Assembly (NCBI GenBank): GCA_963713865.1
Contig: OY970208.1
Span: 1,024,001 to 1,088,000 of the forward strand
DNA from: an uncultured candidate division Zixibacteria bacterium
Lineage (GTDB): Bacteria > Zixibacteria > MSB-5A5 > RBG-16-43-9
DNA: 64,000 nucleotides
Direction: 5' to 3'
Shown: piece after piece, positions 18,720 through 29,676 of the stretch
Position numbering within the stretch: the first letter of the stretch is position 1
How the letters are laid out: the number at the start of each line of letters is the position of its first letter
The notes under the pieces: generated by a model
Seen by the model: only the letters and a program-made list of their open reading frames with translations
Databases searched by the model: none
What the model was told of the DNA's origin: nothing
Program-made: the position numbers and the translations under genes

Positions 18720-20972
18720 ATGAGAGGAAAAGCCTTTTTTCAAAAGAAACAAATGTGGGGAATAATTTGTTTGGTAGTCTTATCAGTTATACTTTTCGTT
18801 CCGAAAAGCTGGTCTCAAACTATTCCTCGACCGCAAGACACTTTAAGAGTTATAGATGCCTCTGGTATACCTGGAGATACAGCGGTTTGGGTATCAATCT
18901 ATTTAAGAAACAGTATATCCGTTTCAATTTTTACTTTACAATTGGTTTTTGATGAGAATTTGATTGAGCCCAAGGAAATTGTAGTTGGTACTGATACTAT
19001 GATAAATGCAGTAGCTACTGCAAGAGATACTTTTTTTGAAGACCATCCATCAGATCAGTGGAAAACTTTTGCAGGATCAAGAATCGATGATTCTACCATT
19101 ATCTTTATGGCTGCCAGTCTTGATTCTATGATGTATAGAGATACCATAGCATCTGGAACTGGACTAATACTGCGTATCCAGTTTATGGTGAGCTCAAGTA
19201 TTACCAAAGACACTACCACATCGATAAGATTTTTAGATGACACCTTAGGTAGCTATAACCTCATAGTACATGCAACACGAAGTTCAATAGATCAATATAA
19301 ACTTTCTCAAACCTCTGGTACTTTTACCATAACTACTGGAGGAACACCTGGAAATCATTCACCTGTTTTTGGTACACTGGCAAGCCAGTTTGAAGTAACA
19401 GAGGGACAGACCTTAGCTTTTACGGTAAGTGCCAGTGATGAGGATGGAGATACGGTTACCCTATCTGCGGATGCTCTACCACCTAATGCTACCTTTCCCA
19501 CGGTTAAAGGAGTCAGTGCCGTTTCTCAAACCTTCAGTTTTTCCCCTGATTTCACTCAGGGACCGGATACTATCAGCATAACTTTTAGAGCAAGAGATGA
19601 ACATGGCGCCAGTACTTTAAAGACAGTAACAATTATAATAAATGCTGTCCCTCAGGATCTATTGATAGTCACTAAAGATCGCGGTGGCGTTCCGGGAAGC
19701 ACTGGTAAGCTTGTACCTTTGATTCTAACTAACCTTCAGGATGTCTATGGAATTCAATTTACCCTTCACTTTGATTCAACCGCATTAGAGGTTGATTCAT
19801 TTGTCCCAACGGAAAGAATAAATGGATTTAACATAAAATCTAACTTAGGAGATAGCTCCAATCAAGTAACAGTTCTTGTTTTAAACTTGAATAATCAAGT
19901 TATACCCCCTGGCTCAGATACCATTTTATATTTTGCTTTATCAGTCGATTCTTTAGCGAATCCTGGGGTGAGACCTTTGGCCCTAACTAAAGCTCGGGAA
20001 GCTATAGGTATTACTACCCCGTCAAAAGAGTTGGAAGTTGTGAATGGATTTTTTACTGTGGATAAATTCGGGGATGTTAATTTGGATACTTTAGTTGATA
20101 TTGGGGATGTGGTTTATTTGATAGCTTATATATTAGAAGATGTAACGATTAATCCACGTCAGGCAGAGGCAGCCGACATAAACCGGGATGGGATTGTAAA
20201 TGTTGGTGATTTAGTAGGGGTGATCAATACTATTTTGGGTCGACCCATCAATGCTCCGATACCTCCTTTCCGTGAGCCTTTAGCTTACCTCCACTTAGAA
20301 TATGACTCTTTGCAAGCGGGTAGCGAAGGGAAGATAGATTTGTGGGCGGATTTGAAGACCTCGGTAGCAGGGGTTCAATTAAAAATAAAGTATGACCCAG
20401 AACAGATGACTTTCTCTGCTCCGAAATTAACTTCCAGATCAAATAGTTTTGATACACTTTTTTACAAAGATGACGGAAAGGGAAATCTGACTGTTGTATT
20501 CTTTAGGTTTGGCAAAGCCCCCATTGCCCCCGGAGAAGGTAGTATTCTTTCTCTGCCAGTGGTTGCCAGCTCAAATTTTGACAAGGGGAAAATGCAATTA
20601 TACTTAAAAGAAGCAATCTTAGCTGACCCAGAGGCAGTGGTTATACCGGTGGATAAAGGTGAAGTGATACTGCCTAAATCATTCAGCTTGAGCCAGAACT
20701 ATCCCAACCCGTTCAACCCAAATACGACTATAAGATTTGAGATAGGTGTAGGTGGAGGAAATCAAGCAGCGGTGAATACAACCTTAAAGGTCTATAATAT
20801 CTTAGGTCAAGTAGTAAAAACTTTAGTGAATGAGCCTAAATTGCCTGGGATTTATTATCAGACCTGGGATGGTAAGAATGAGCAAGGGGAAAAGGTTTCC
20901 TCAGGTCTTTATTTTTACCAGTTGAGAGCAGGAAATTACAACGAAACGAAAAAAATGGTTTTATTGAAATAA
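18720..20972 (+). CDS. Secreted three-cohesin + Ig + internal dockerin protein with C-terminal sorting domain
   Basis: Three cohesin-like units, GDVNLD..DINRDG dockerin, NYPNPFNP CTD. Confidence 0.8.
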   Translation: MRGKAFFQKKQMWGIICLVVLSVILFVPKSWSQTIPRPQDTLRVIDASGIPGDTAVWVSIYLRNSISVSIFTLQLVFDENLIEPKEIVVGTDTMINAVATARDTFFEDHPSDQWKTFAGSRIDDSTIIFMAASLDSMMYRDTIASGTGLILRIQFMVSSSITKDTTTSIRFLDDTLGSYNLIVHATRSSIDQYKLSQTSGTFTITTGGTPGNHSPVFGTLASQFEVTEGQTLAFTVSASDEDGDTVTLSADALPPNATFPTVKGVSAVSQTFSFSPDFTQGPDTISITFRARDEHGASTLKTVTIIINAVPQDLLIVTKDRGGVPGSTGKLVPLILTNLQDVYGIQFTLHFDSTALEVDSFVPTERINGFNIKSNLGDSSNQVTVLVLNLNNQVIPPGSDTILYFALSVDSLANPGVRPLALTKAREAIGITTPSKELEVVNGFFTVDKFGDVNLDTLVDIGDVVYLIAYILEDVTINPRQAEAADINRDGIVNVGDLVGVINTILGRPINAPIPPFREPLAYLHLEYDSLQAGSEGKIDLWADLKTSVAGVQLKIKYDPEQMTFSAPKLTSRSNSFDTLFYKDDGKGNLTVVFFRFGKAPIAPGEGSILSLPVVASSNFDKGKMQLYLKEAILADPEAVVIPVDKGEVILPKSFSLSQNYPNPFNPNTTIRFEIGVGGGNQAAVNTTLKVYNILGQVVKTLVNEPKLPGIYYQTWDGKNEQGEKVSSGLYFYQLRAGNYNETKKMVLLK

Positions 20973-21006
20973 AGTTACTTAAAACAAACTAAAAAAGGTT
21001 AGCTAT

Positions 21007-24000
21007 ATGAAAAGATTTTTTAGAAGTTTCCCGCTTGGACTTTTTCTTATTCTCATTTTTTATCTTCCAACCCGGGCTCAGAATGTTCCTCCTGTATTGG
21101 ATTCTATAGGAGCCAAGACTGTAAATGAGGGACAGGTATTGACGTTTAGAGTGCACGCTACAGACATAAACGGTGATAGTTTGATATTGAGTGCCTTGAA
21201 CGTTCCTACCAATGCCATTTTGGTAGACAGTGGCAATGGAGCAGGGTCGTTCACTTTCAGTCCGGATTATACCCAGGCAAACATATATAATGTGACCTTT
21301 ATAGCCACAGATACAGCAGGATCAGCAGATAGCGAGGTAGTGGCGATAACGGTGAATAACGTGAATAATGCACCGGTCTTAGATTCTATCGGAGCAAGAA
21401 GTGTAAATGAGGGTCAAGTTCTAAGTTTTAGAGTTCACGCTACAGATATAAATGGCGACAGTTTGATATTGAGTGCCTTGAACATTCCGACCAATGGAGT
21501 CTTCACAGACAGCGGTAATGGGTCAGGCTCATTCACCTTCAGTCCGGATTATACCCAGGCAAATATTTACAATGTGACCTTTATCGCTACTGATACAGCA
21601 GGATCAGCAGATAGCGAGGTAGTGGCGATAACGGTGAACAATGTAAATAATGCACCGGTCTTAGATTCAATAGGAGCAAGGAGTGTGAATGAGGGGCAAG
21701 TATTGACCTTTAGAGTACATGCCACAGATATCAATGGAGACAATTTGATCTTGAGTGCTTTGAATGTACCCACCAATGCCAGCTTTATAGATAGCACTAA
21801 CGGTTCGGGTTCATTTACTTTCAGTCCAGATTATACCCAGGCGGGTATATATAATGTAACCTTCATAAGCACAGATACAGTAGGGGCTGCAGATAGTGAA
21901 GTAGTCCAAATTACGGTGGTGAGCGCAGGAAACCAGACACCGGTATTGGATTCTATAGGTTCAAGGAGTGTAAACGAGGGAGCTAATTTAACCTTCCGGG
22001 TACATTCTACAGATGCAGATGGAGACAGTATAATTTTAAGTGCAACGAGTATACCTACCAATGCAACTTTTACTGATTCAGGTAATGGAGCGGGTTCGTT
22101 TACCTTTAATCCGAATTATACCCAAGCAGGAACTCATAATATCACTTTCAAAGCCACAGATCTATCTTCAGCGGTTGACAGCGAGGTAGTGGCGATAACG
22201 GTGAACAATGTGAATAATGCCCCGGGATTAGACTCAATCGGCTCAAAGAGTGTGAATGAGGGACAAGTATTGACATTTAGAGTTCACGCTACAGATATCA
22301 ATGGAGACAGTTTAGTTTTGAGTGCTTTAAGCGTTCCCACCAATGCAATCTTCACGGACAGCGGAAATGGAGCAGGCTCATTTACTTTCAGCCCGGATTA
22401 TACCCAGGCGAACATCTATAATGTAACCTTTATCGCTACAGATACATCAGGCTCAGCGGATAGCGAGGTAGTGGCGATAACGGTGAATAATGTAAATAAT
22501 GCCCCGGTATTAGATTCAATAGGAGCAAGGAGTGTGAATGAGGGGCAAGTATTGACCTTTAGAGTACATGCCACAGATATCAATGGAGACAATTTGATCT
22601 TGAGTGCTTTGAATGTACCCACCAATGCCAGCTTTATAGATAGCACTAACGGTTCGGGTTCATTTACTTTCAGTCCAGATTATACCCAGGCGGGTATATA
22701 TAATGTAACCTTCATAAGCACAGATACAGTCGGTGCGGCAGATAGTGAGCTCGTGACGATAACGGTACTGAGCGCAGGGAATCAGGCACCGGTTTTGGAT
22801 TCTATTGGGTCAAGGAGTGTAAATGAGGGTTCTAATTTAACCTTCCGTGTTCATTCTACTGATGCGGATGGGGATAGTATAGTTTTAAGTGCAACTAATC
22901 TACCTACCAATGCAACCTTTACCGACAGTGGCAATGGAACAGGTTCATTTAGTTTTAGCCCGAATTATATACAATCAGGAATATACTATGTTACCTTTAA
23001 AGTTACAGATCCATCCTTAGCGGTTGACAGTGAGGTAGTGCAGATAACGGTGGTGAGTGCAGGGAATCAGGCACCGGTGTTAGATTCAATTGGAGCTAAA
23101 AGTGTGAATGAGAGTTCAAATTTAACATTCAGATTGCATGCTACGGATGCAGATGGAGACAGTATAGTCTTAAGTTCAACTAATCTGCCTGCTAACGCTA
23201 CCTTTATAGACAGTGGCAATGGAGCGGGTTCGTTTATTTTCAATCCCAATTATACCCAGGCAGGAGTCTATAATGTAACCTTCAAAGCCACTGATCCATC
23301 TTTAGCAGTAGATAGTGAGATAATTCAAATAACGGTAAATAATGTGAATCGTTCACCAGTCTTAGATTCGATTGGTACAAAAAGTGTAAAGGAGGGTTCT
23401 CATCTAACTTTCAGGGTACATGCTACCGATGCAGATGGAGACTTATTAGTTTTAACAGCTGCCAATCTACCAACTAATTCATCCTTTATAGACTCTGGTA
23501 ATGGAGCAGGTTCGTTTAGTTTCAATCCGGATTATAACCAGATAGGGGTACATAATATAACCTTTAAAACTATAGATCCGCTATTAGCAGTAGATAGTGA
23601 GGTAGTACAGATAACGGTTAGTAATGTGAATAGACCTCCAGTCTTAAATCCTATCGGATGGAAAATAGTGACTGAAGCTGAAACTCTTTCCTTTAATGTC
23701 TCAGCTTCTGATCAAGATGGAACAATTCCAATTTTATATACCAGTGCTCTACCCCGAAATGCTGTTTTTGTAGATAGCGGGAATGGAAGAGGAAGATTTA
23801 CTTTTACGCCGGATTATGCTCAACAGGGATTAAAAGATGTAATTTTCTATGCCAGTGACGGTAGTTTGATCGATAATGAGTGGGTTCTTATTCAAGTAAT
23901 AGATGCAGGTAACCAGAGACCTATTATGCAGGCGATACCTCCGGACAGCGTTATGGAAGGAGATACCCTGCTAATAACTGTTCATGCGGATGATCCAGAC

Positions 24001-25560
24001 AGCACTATACCAGCTTTATCTACTGGGGCATTACCCCTTAACGCTTATTTTACAGATCATCTAGATGGAAATGGAGTCTTTTGGTTTGCTCCTGTTTATG
24101 TGCAGTTTGGAGAGGATACCATAAAGTTCATAACTTCGGATGGCTTATTAGCTGATACTGAAACGGTTTTGATAACAGTGCTTGAAGCTGGAAATCAGAC
24201 TCCAGTTCTTTCTATACCCTACGATTCAACAACTGTAAACGAAGAAGCTACTTTAAGCTTTAGAGTTAGAGGAATTGATCCGGATAGCACCATACCTATT
24301 CTTAGGGCAAGTAATTTACCGACTAATGCAACTTTTACCGATAGTCTTAATGGAAGAGGGGGGTTTGGATTCTCGCCAAACAATTTGCAGGCGGGTAATT
24401 ATGTAGTTTATTTCCAGGTGTTAGATTCTGAGGATACTCTGATGACCTCAGTTGACAGCGTAACGATAATCGTAATAAACGTTAATCGGAAACCTAAATT
24501 CACTCAATGTATTTCTTCAACAAGCGTTCACGAGGGAGATACTTTGATAATTAATGTCAAAGCAACTGATGATGACGGTACCATACCAATACTAAATGTG
24601 ACACCTCACCTGGATAATTCGGTTTTTGTGGATAGCGGGAATGGTGTTGGAACACTTATGTTTTATCCTGATTATAGCCAGAGTAAACAAGACACTGCTT
24701 ATTATATTTCTTTCTTAGCTATAGACTCAGAATATCCATCTGATACTGGATACTGTCTCCAGCGAACTACAATGATTCTGGTCTATAATGTACCTGTGCC
24801 ACCGACTATCTATCCAATAAATGATACCAGCGTGATAGAAGGTGGAAGTCTAACTTTAGCAGATTCTGCTTATGATCCTGATGGTACTATTCCTACTCTT
24901 AGCGTCTTTAGTCTTCCAGCCAATGCTAATTATACAACTATTTCTGGGAGTGGTAAAGGTGTTTTAAGGTTCCATCCATCGTTTACACAAGCAGGAGTCT
25001 ATACAGTTGGTTTTGTGGCTACAGATCCAACCAATTTGGCAGATACAGAATTAGTTCAAATTACTGTAATAGAGGCTGGTAATCAAAGACCTAAATTAGC
25101 AGCAATTAGTGATAAATCAGCGGCAATTAAGGAAACTATGTCCTTTAAAGTCAGTGCTACAGATCCGGACGGCACTATTCCACAACTTTTCGCAGATTCC
25201 CTGCCACGTAATGCAGTTTTTCATGATAGCTTAAATGGAAGAGGTCTTTTCACCTTCACTCCAGATAGCAGTCAAGCCGATTCAATTTATAAGGTTATTC
25301 TCATCGCCTCGGACGGTTCTCTGGCAGATAGTGTCAGGGTAAGCATCACTGTGATTGAATATGTCAAAGGGGATGCTAATAGTGATGGAAAGGTGTCGGT
25401 TGCAGATGTGGTTTACCTTATCAATTATTTATTTAAAGGTAGTACTGCCCCTAATCCAATGGGTGCCGGAGATGCGAATCATGATGGGTTTGTCTCTGTA
25501 TCTGATTGTGTTTACCTGATCAACTATCTTTTTAAAGGTGGCCCGCCACCAGTGTTTTGA
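21007..25560 (+). CDS. Secreted protein with 15 tandem ~94-aa cadherin/Ig-like repeats and a C-terminal dockerin
   Basis: Counted 15 N..P.L..I...V.EG..L.F.V.A.D..GD repeats; terminal GDANSDG..GDANHDG..KGGPPP. Confidence 0.88.
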   Translation: MKRFFRSFPLGLFLILIFYLPTRAQNVPPVLDSIGAKTVNEGQVLTFRVHATDINGDSLILSALNVPTNAILVDSGNGAGSFTFSPDYTQANIYNVTFIATDTAGSADSEVVAITVNNVNNAPVLDSIGARSVNEGQVLSFRVHATDINGDSLILSALNIPTNGVFTDSGNGSGSFTFSPDYTQANIYNVTFIATDTAGSADSEVVAITVNNVNNAPVLDSIGARSVNEGQVLTFRVHATDINGDNLILSALNVPTNASFIDSTNGSGSFTFSPDYTQAGIYNVTFISTDTVGAADSEVVQITVVSAGNQTPVLDSIGSRSVNEGANLTFRVHSTDADGDSIILSATSIPTNATFTDSGNGAGSFTFNPNYTQAGTHNITFKATDLSSAVDSEVVAITVNNVNNAPGLDSIGSKSVNEGQVLTFRVHATDINGDSLVLSALSVPTNAIFTDSGNGAGSFTFSPDYTQANIYNVTFIATDTSGSADSEVVAITVNNVNNAPVLDSIGARSVNEGQVLTFRVHATDINGDNLILSALNVPTNASFIDSTNGSGSFTFSPDYTQAGIYNVTFISTDTVGAADSELVTITVLSAGNQAPVLDSIGSRSVNEGSNLTFRVHSTDADGDSIVLSATNLPTNATFTDSGNGTGSFSFSPNYIQSGIYYVTFKVTDPSLAVDSEVVQITVVSAGNQAPVLDSIGAKSVNESSNLTFRLHATDADGDSIVLSSTNLPANATFIDSGNGAGSFIFNPNYTQAGVYNVTFKATDPSLAVDSEIIQITVNNVNRSPVLDSIGTKSVKEGSHLTFRVHATDADGDLLVLTAANLPTNSSFIDSGNGAGSFSFNPDYNQIGVHNITFKTIDPLLAVDSEVVQITVSNVNRPPVLNPIGWKIVTEAETLSFNVSASDQDGTIPILYTSALPRNAVFVDSGNGRGRFTFTPDYAQQGLKDVIFYASDGSLIDNEWVLIQVIDAGNQRPIMQAIPPDSVMEGDTLLITVHADDPDSTIPALSTGALPLNAYFTDHLDGNGVFWFAPVYVQFGEDTIKFITSDGLLADTETVLITVLEAGNQTPVLSIPYDSTTVNEEATLSFRVRGIDPDSTIPILRASNLPTNATFTDSLNGRGGFGFSPNNLQAGNYVVYFQVLDSEDTLMTSVDSVTIIVINVNRKPKFTQCISSTSVHEGDTLIINVKATDDDGTIPILNVTPHLDNSVFVDSGNGVGTLMFYPDYSQSKQDTAYYISFLAIDSEYPSDTGYCLQRTTMILVYNVPVPPTIYPINDTSVIEGGSLTLADSAYDPDGTIPTLSVFSLPANANYTTISGSGKGVLRFHPSFTQAGVYTVGFVATDPTNLADTELVQITVIEAGNQRPKLAAISDKSAAIKETMSFKVSATDPDGTIPQLFADSLPRNAVFHDSLNGRGLFTFTPDSSQADSIYKVILIASDGSLADSVRVSITVIEYVKGDANSDGKVSVADVVYLINYLFKGSTAPNPMGAGDANHDGFVSVSDCVYLINYLFKGGPPPVF

Positions 25561-25767
25561 AAATATATAGTATCAAACAAAAGATTCTCCATGTTGTCGA
25601 CTTATATGATTAATAAAGTTCTAAACTCATCCATTTGGGGATGTGGAGAAATTACTTCTTACTTTATTCCAGTGTACGATACTATTAAAAAATACTTGAC
25701 AGATTTGGAATAATGGTTATGTAAGTAATGAAAAGATTTAATTAACTTTTTCTCTCAGACTCGACAG

Positions 25768-27390
25768 ATGTATAAACTATCCTCTATTTTCTTTGTCTTT
25801 TTATTCTTCATTTTTTTTCTTACGCCACCCCTCTTTCCCCAAATCCCTGATACAGTGGGTTTAGTTGATACCTTAAGGGTTGGAAAGGTAACAGCTTATC
25901 CTGGCTCAAAAGTTTGTGTGCCAGTTTATGCTTTTAATGATGAAGACTTAGGAGCCATTACTTTTCCTCTTAAGTTTTCCAGCTCTGATCTTTTTTGCGA
26001 TTCGGTTTCCTTTGTGGGAACGAGGGTTTCCGACGCTCCGTTAAAAGGGGGGGAAATAGACAGCTTGAATAGAACCATTAAGATTTATGCTATGACTTTC
26101 ACCCAGATAAGTTCCGGGAGTGGGTTGGTAGCAAATATGTGGTTTAAAATAAAGGATGACGCTCTTCCACAAACCGTGGAGATAGATACTTTTTCAACAA
26201 CTGAGCCTCCAGTTTATTTAACTTTCGTCTATACCTGGGCAGAGGAGATGACCCCTGCCTTTGTTAAAGGGGCAATTACCATAAAAGAGAAAAATTTAGC
26301 CCCTCAGATACAGCCGATTGGAACCCAGTATGTAAATGAGGGGGATACTTTATTGATAAAAATATTTGCAAACGATCCAGAAGGGGATTCGGTGAAAATA
26401 AGCATGTTGAATGGACCTGGGGGTGCTTCTTTTACAGACTCAGGTAATGGTAAGGCTACTTTCCTCTGGGTTCCTCCTTTTACTGGACCCTGGTCTTCAG
26501 TTAATAGTCCTTTTAAGGTTACATTTGTGGTTTCAGATGGAAATTACACCTCGAAAGAGGATGTGGAAATAAATGTAATAGATAAAAATCCTTTATCTAA
26601 AGCCTATGTTATGGAGATTGGGGCAGATACAGGTTTCTTCCCTGATATTGTTACCGTTCCAATAAAACTTACAAACCCTGATTCTATCGGGGCTATGAAA
26701 TTACTGCTTCATTTTGATCAAACCGCACTCTCTTTATTGAATGTGAGCAGGTTAAATACCAGGATTAGCAATTGGGAATTTTTTCAACCTAAAATAAATC
26801 AGCCAGAGGTGGGTGATGTTTTTATCTTGGGCCTGGCGGATATTCACGATCAAACTGTTACACCGCCTTTACCTCCAGGTGATGGGGTAATCACCAATTT
26901 GATTTTTCAGATTATACTTGACCCCTGTCCCCTTAGTTCTTTATCCGCATCTATAAGATTTAAGTTCACCGATTCAACTGATAATACTTTGAGTGGTGCT
27001 TTGGGCCAGGAATTTATAGGCCAGAACGATATCGAATATAAAGATGGATATGTGCTAATTAAATGTCCTACAGATGTAGTTGAGGGGGAACAGGACAACT
27101 CAACTTTACCCAAGGCTTATGAGCTTTCCCAGAATTACCCGAATCCCTTTAACCCTGTTACCGAGATTAAATTTGCCTTACCTGAAGAGTCTAAGGTGAG
27201 TTTGATAATTTATAATATAAAGGGGCAGGTGGTTAATAGACTGGTAGATGAGAGATTGAAGCCTGGGAGATATAAAGTCACCTGGGAAGGGAAAGATTCA
27301 GCCGGTAATAGAGTTGCCAGCGGGATTTATTTCTATAGATTAAAGGCTAGAAATTATAGTGAGACTAAGAAGATGATAATGGCGAAATAA
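25768..27390 (+). CDS. Secreted cohesin-Ig-cohesin protein with C-terminal sorting domain (paralogue of 16441, lacks the dockerin)
   Basis: Mature N-terminus nearly identical to the 16441 product; goes directly to the NYPNPFNP CTD. Confidence 0.82.
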   Translation: MYKLSSIFFVFLFFIFFLTPPLFPQIPDTVGLVDTLRVGKVTAYPGSKVCVPVYAFNDEDLGAITFPLKFSSSDLFCDSVSFVGTRVSDAPLKGGEIDSLNRTIKIYAMTFTQISSGSGLVANMWFKIKDDALPQTVEIDTFSTTEPPVYLTFVYTWAEEMTPAFVKGAITIKEKNLAPQIQPIGTQYVNEGDTLLIKIFANDPEGDSVKISMLNGPGGASFTDSGNGKATFLWVPPFTGPWSSVNSPFKVTFVVSDGNYTSKEDVEINVIDKNPLSKAYVMEIGADTGFFPDIVTVPIKLTNPDSIGAMKLLLHFDQTALSLLNVSRLNTRISNWEFFQPKINQPEVGDVFILGLADIHDQTVTPPLPPGDGVITNLIFQIILDPCPLSSLSASIRFKFTDSTDNTLSGALGQEFIGQNDIEYKDGYVLIKCPTDVVEGEQDNSTLPKAYELSQNYPNPFNPVTEIKFALPEESKVSLIIYNIKGQVVNRLVDERLKPGRYKVTWEGKDSAGNRVASGIYFYRLKARNYSETKKMIMAK

Positions 27391-27412
27391 AAAGATGGAG
27401 GTTAGTGAATTG

Positions 27413-29642
27413 ATGAAGAAGATATTTTTTCTGGGACTTATAAGTTTGGTTCTCCTTTTTTATTATTCTTTCTCTAAAGCGCAGGTTCAACTGACTAATG
27501 ATACCCTGAGAATTGGAGGGGGAAGCGAGGCTAAGAATGTTATCTATGTAAATAAGGGGATGACCAGGGTGCCGGTTACAGTTTATCTTAAGAATGCCTT
27601 CGACATAGCCGGTTTCCGCTTGCGGGTGGTTTTCGATACAACTGTTATGTCCCCCTATTACCCTTCTGTTCCTGAGTCGAGTTTTTCTCAGCTAACCAGG
27701 TCCTTAGCCCTTCCACTATTTGTCAAGGGCCTTTATAGTGATCCCTGGGAGATATTTTTCACAGGCTCTGCCACCTATGATCCTTCTAACGAGAATATAG
27801 ATGCCGGGAGAGGACCGATTGTTGAGTTTTATTTTAATATAAAATCTAATGCCCCTCAAAGGTTGTCGTCCGATTAAATTGGAGGATGATACATTGCCGG
27901 GCATAGATAACTATATAGTAGATATATATGCTACTGATGAATATATTCCAGTTCTGGTCAATGGCACCATTTGCGTGAGTGATACTATCACGACTATCAA
28001 TCATCCCCCGGTTATCTCCTCAGTTGGTCCACAGTCGGTTGTGGTGGGAGAGACTTTGACTTTTTCGGTCAGTGCCTCTGATCAAGATAATGACCAGATC
28101 ACCCTATTTGCTCAGAATCTACCTTCAAACTCATCTTTCCCACAGGTTCAGGGCATAGGTAGCGTTACCGGGGATTTTACCTTTATTCCTACTGCAGTAC
28201 AAGCCCCGGGCACTTTTTTTGTTAATTTTATTGCAAGAGATGACAGCTTAGTAGCAGATACTATAACTGTAACCATTTTCCTTTATGAGGAGGTAATCCC
28301 TCCTCAGGAACCTACCGACAAATTAAAGATCTTGAGCACCGAAGGTGGTGTTCCAGGTAGCACCGGGAAATTGGTCCCACTCTATCTTATCAACGAAGAG
28401 GATACGGTTTACGGAGTCGAGTTCACTTTAAGTTATAATCATCAGGCGATCATAATTGATTCCATTCTCCCTGCGTCGAGGATAGAGGGTTTTTCAATTT
28501 ATTCTAATCGGGGGGATAGCTTAGGGAAACTTACTGTCTTGCTTTTTGGCCTGGGTAATGAGATGATCTTACCCGGTTCTGATACCATACTTTATTTAGC
28601 CATGAGCGTCGATACCTTGGCTCCATTTGGTAACACCGCCCTTGATCTTATAAGTGGCTGGGAGGCAATAAGCATAGATCCAACTGATTCCTCAAGGGCT
28701 TTAGCCCTGACAGATGGTTTTTTTGCAGTGGATAGGTTCGGGGATGTGAATTTAGATAGGAGAATAAATGTCGCAGATGTGGTTAGTTTAGTAGCTTATA
28801 TTCTGGGGAATATCTCCTTAGACACTCGCCATTGGGATGCAGCGGATATAAATCGAGATTGGGGTGTGAATGTAGGCGATTTAGTTGGGGTGATAAATAC
28901 GATCTTAGGCAGGTCAATCAGTGCTCCGATAGGAACTTTGCGTGAGCCTTTAGCTTACCTTCACTTAGAATATGACTCTTTGCAAGCGGGTAGTGAAGGG
29001 AAGATAGATTTGTGGGCAGATTTAAAGACTTCCGTAGCTGGGGTTCAATTGAAAATAAAATATGATCCTGAGCAATTAACTTTTTCAACTCCAGCTTTAA
29101 CTTCCAGATCAAATAGTTTTGATACACTTTTTTATAAAGATGATGGAAAAGGTAATCTGACTGTTGTTTTCTTTAGGTTTGGCAAAGCCCCCATTGCCCC
29201 CGGAGAAGGTAGTATTCTTTCTCTGCCAGTGGTTGCCAGCTCAAATTTTGATAAAGAGAAATTACAATTATACTTAAAAGAAGCAATCTTAGCTGACCCA
29301 GAGGCAGTGGTTATACCTGTGGATAAAGGCGAAGTGATACTGCCTAAATCATTCAACTTGAACCAGAACTATCCCAATCCATTCAATCCCAATACTACTA
29401 TAAGATTTGAGATAGGTGTAGATGGAGGAAATCAAGCAGCAGTGAATACAACCTTGAAGGTCTATAATATATTGGGTCAAGTGGTCAAAACTTTAGTGAA
29501 TGAGCCTAAATTGCCTGGGATTTATTATCAGACCTGGGATGGTAAGAATGAGCAGGGAGAAAAGGTTTCCTCAGGCCTTTATTTCTATCAGCTGAGATCA
29601 GGGAATTACAGCGAAACGAAGAAAATGGTTTTATTGAAATAA
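27413..29642 (+). pseudogene. Paralogue of 18720 (cohesins + dockerin + CTD) with a +1 frameshift (possible sequencing error)
   Basis: ORFs 27395-27877 and 27849-29642 join by removing one A from AAA at 27858-27860 (..NAPQGCRPIK..). Fused length is close to the 750-aa paralogue and the C-terminal third is near-identical. Confidence 0.82.
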
Positions 29643-29676
29643 AGTTACTTAAAACAAACTAAAAAAGGTTAGCCAT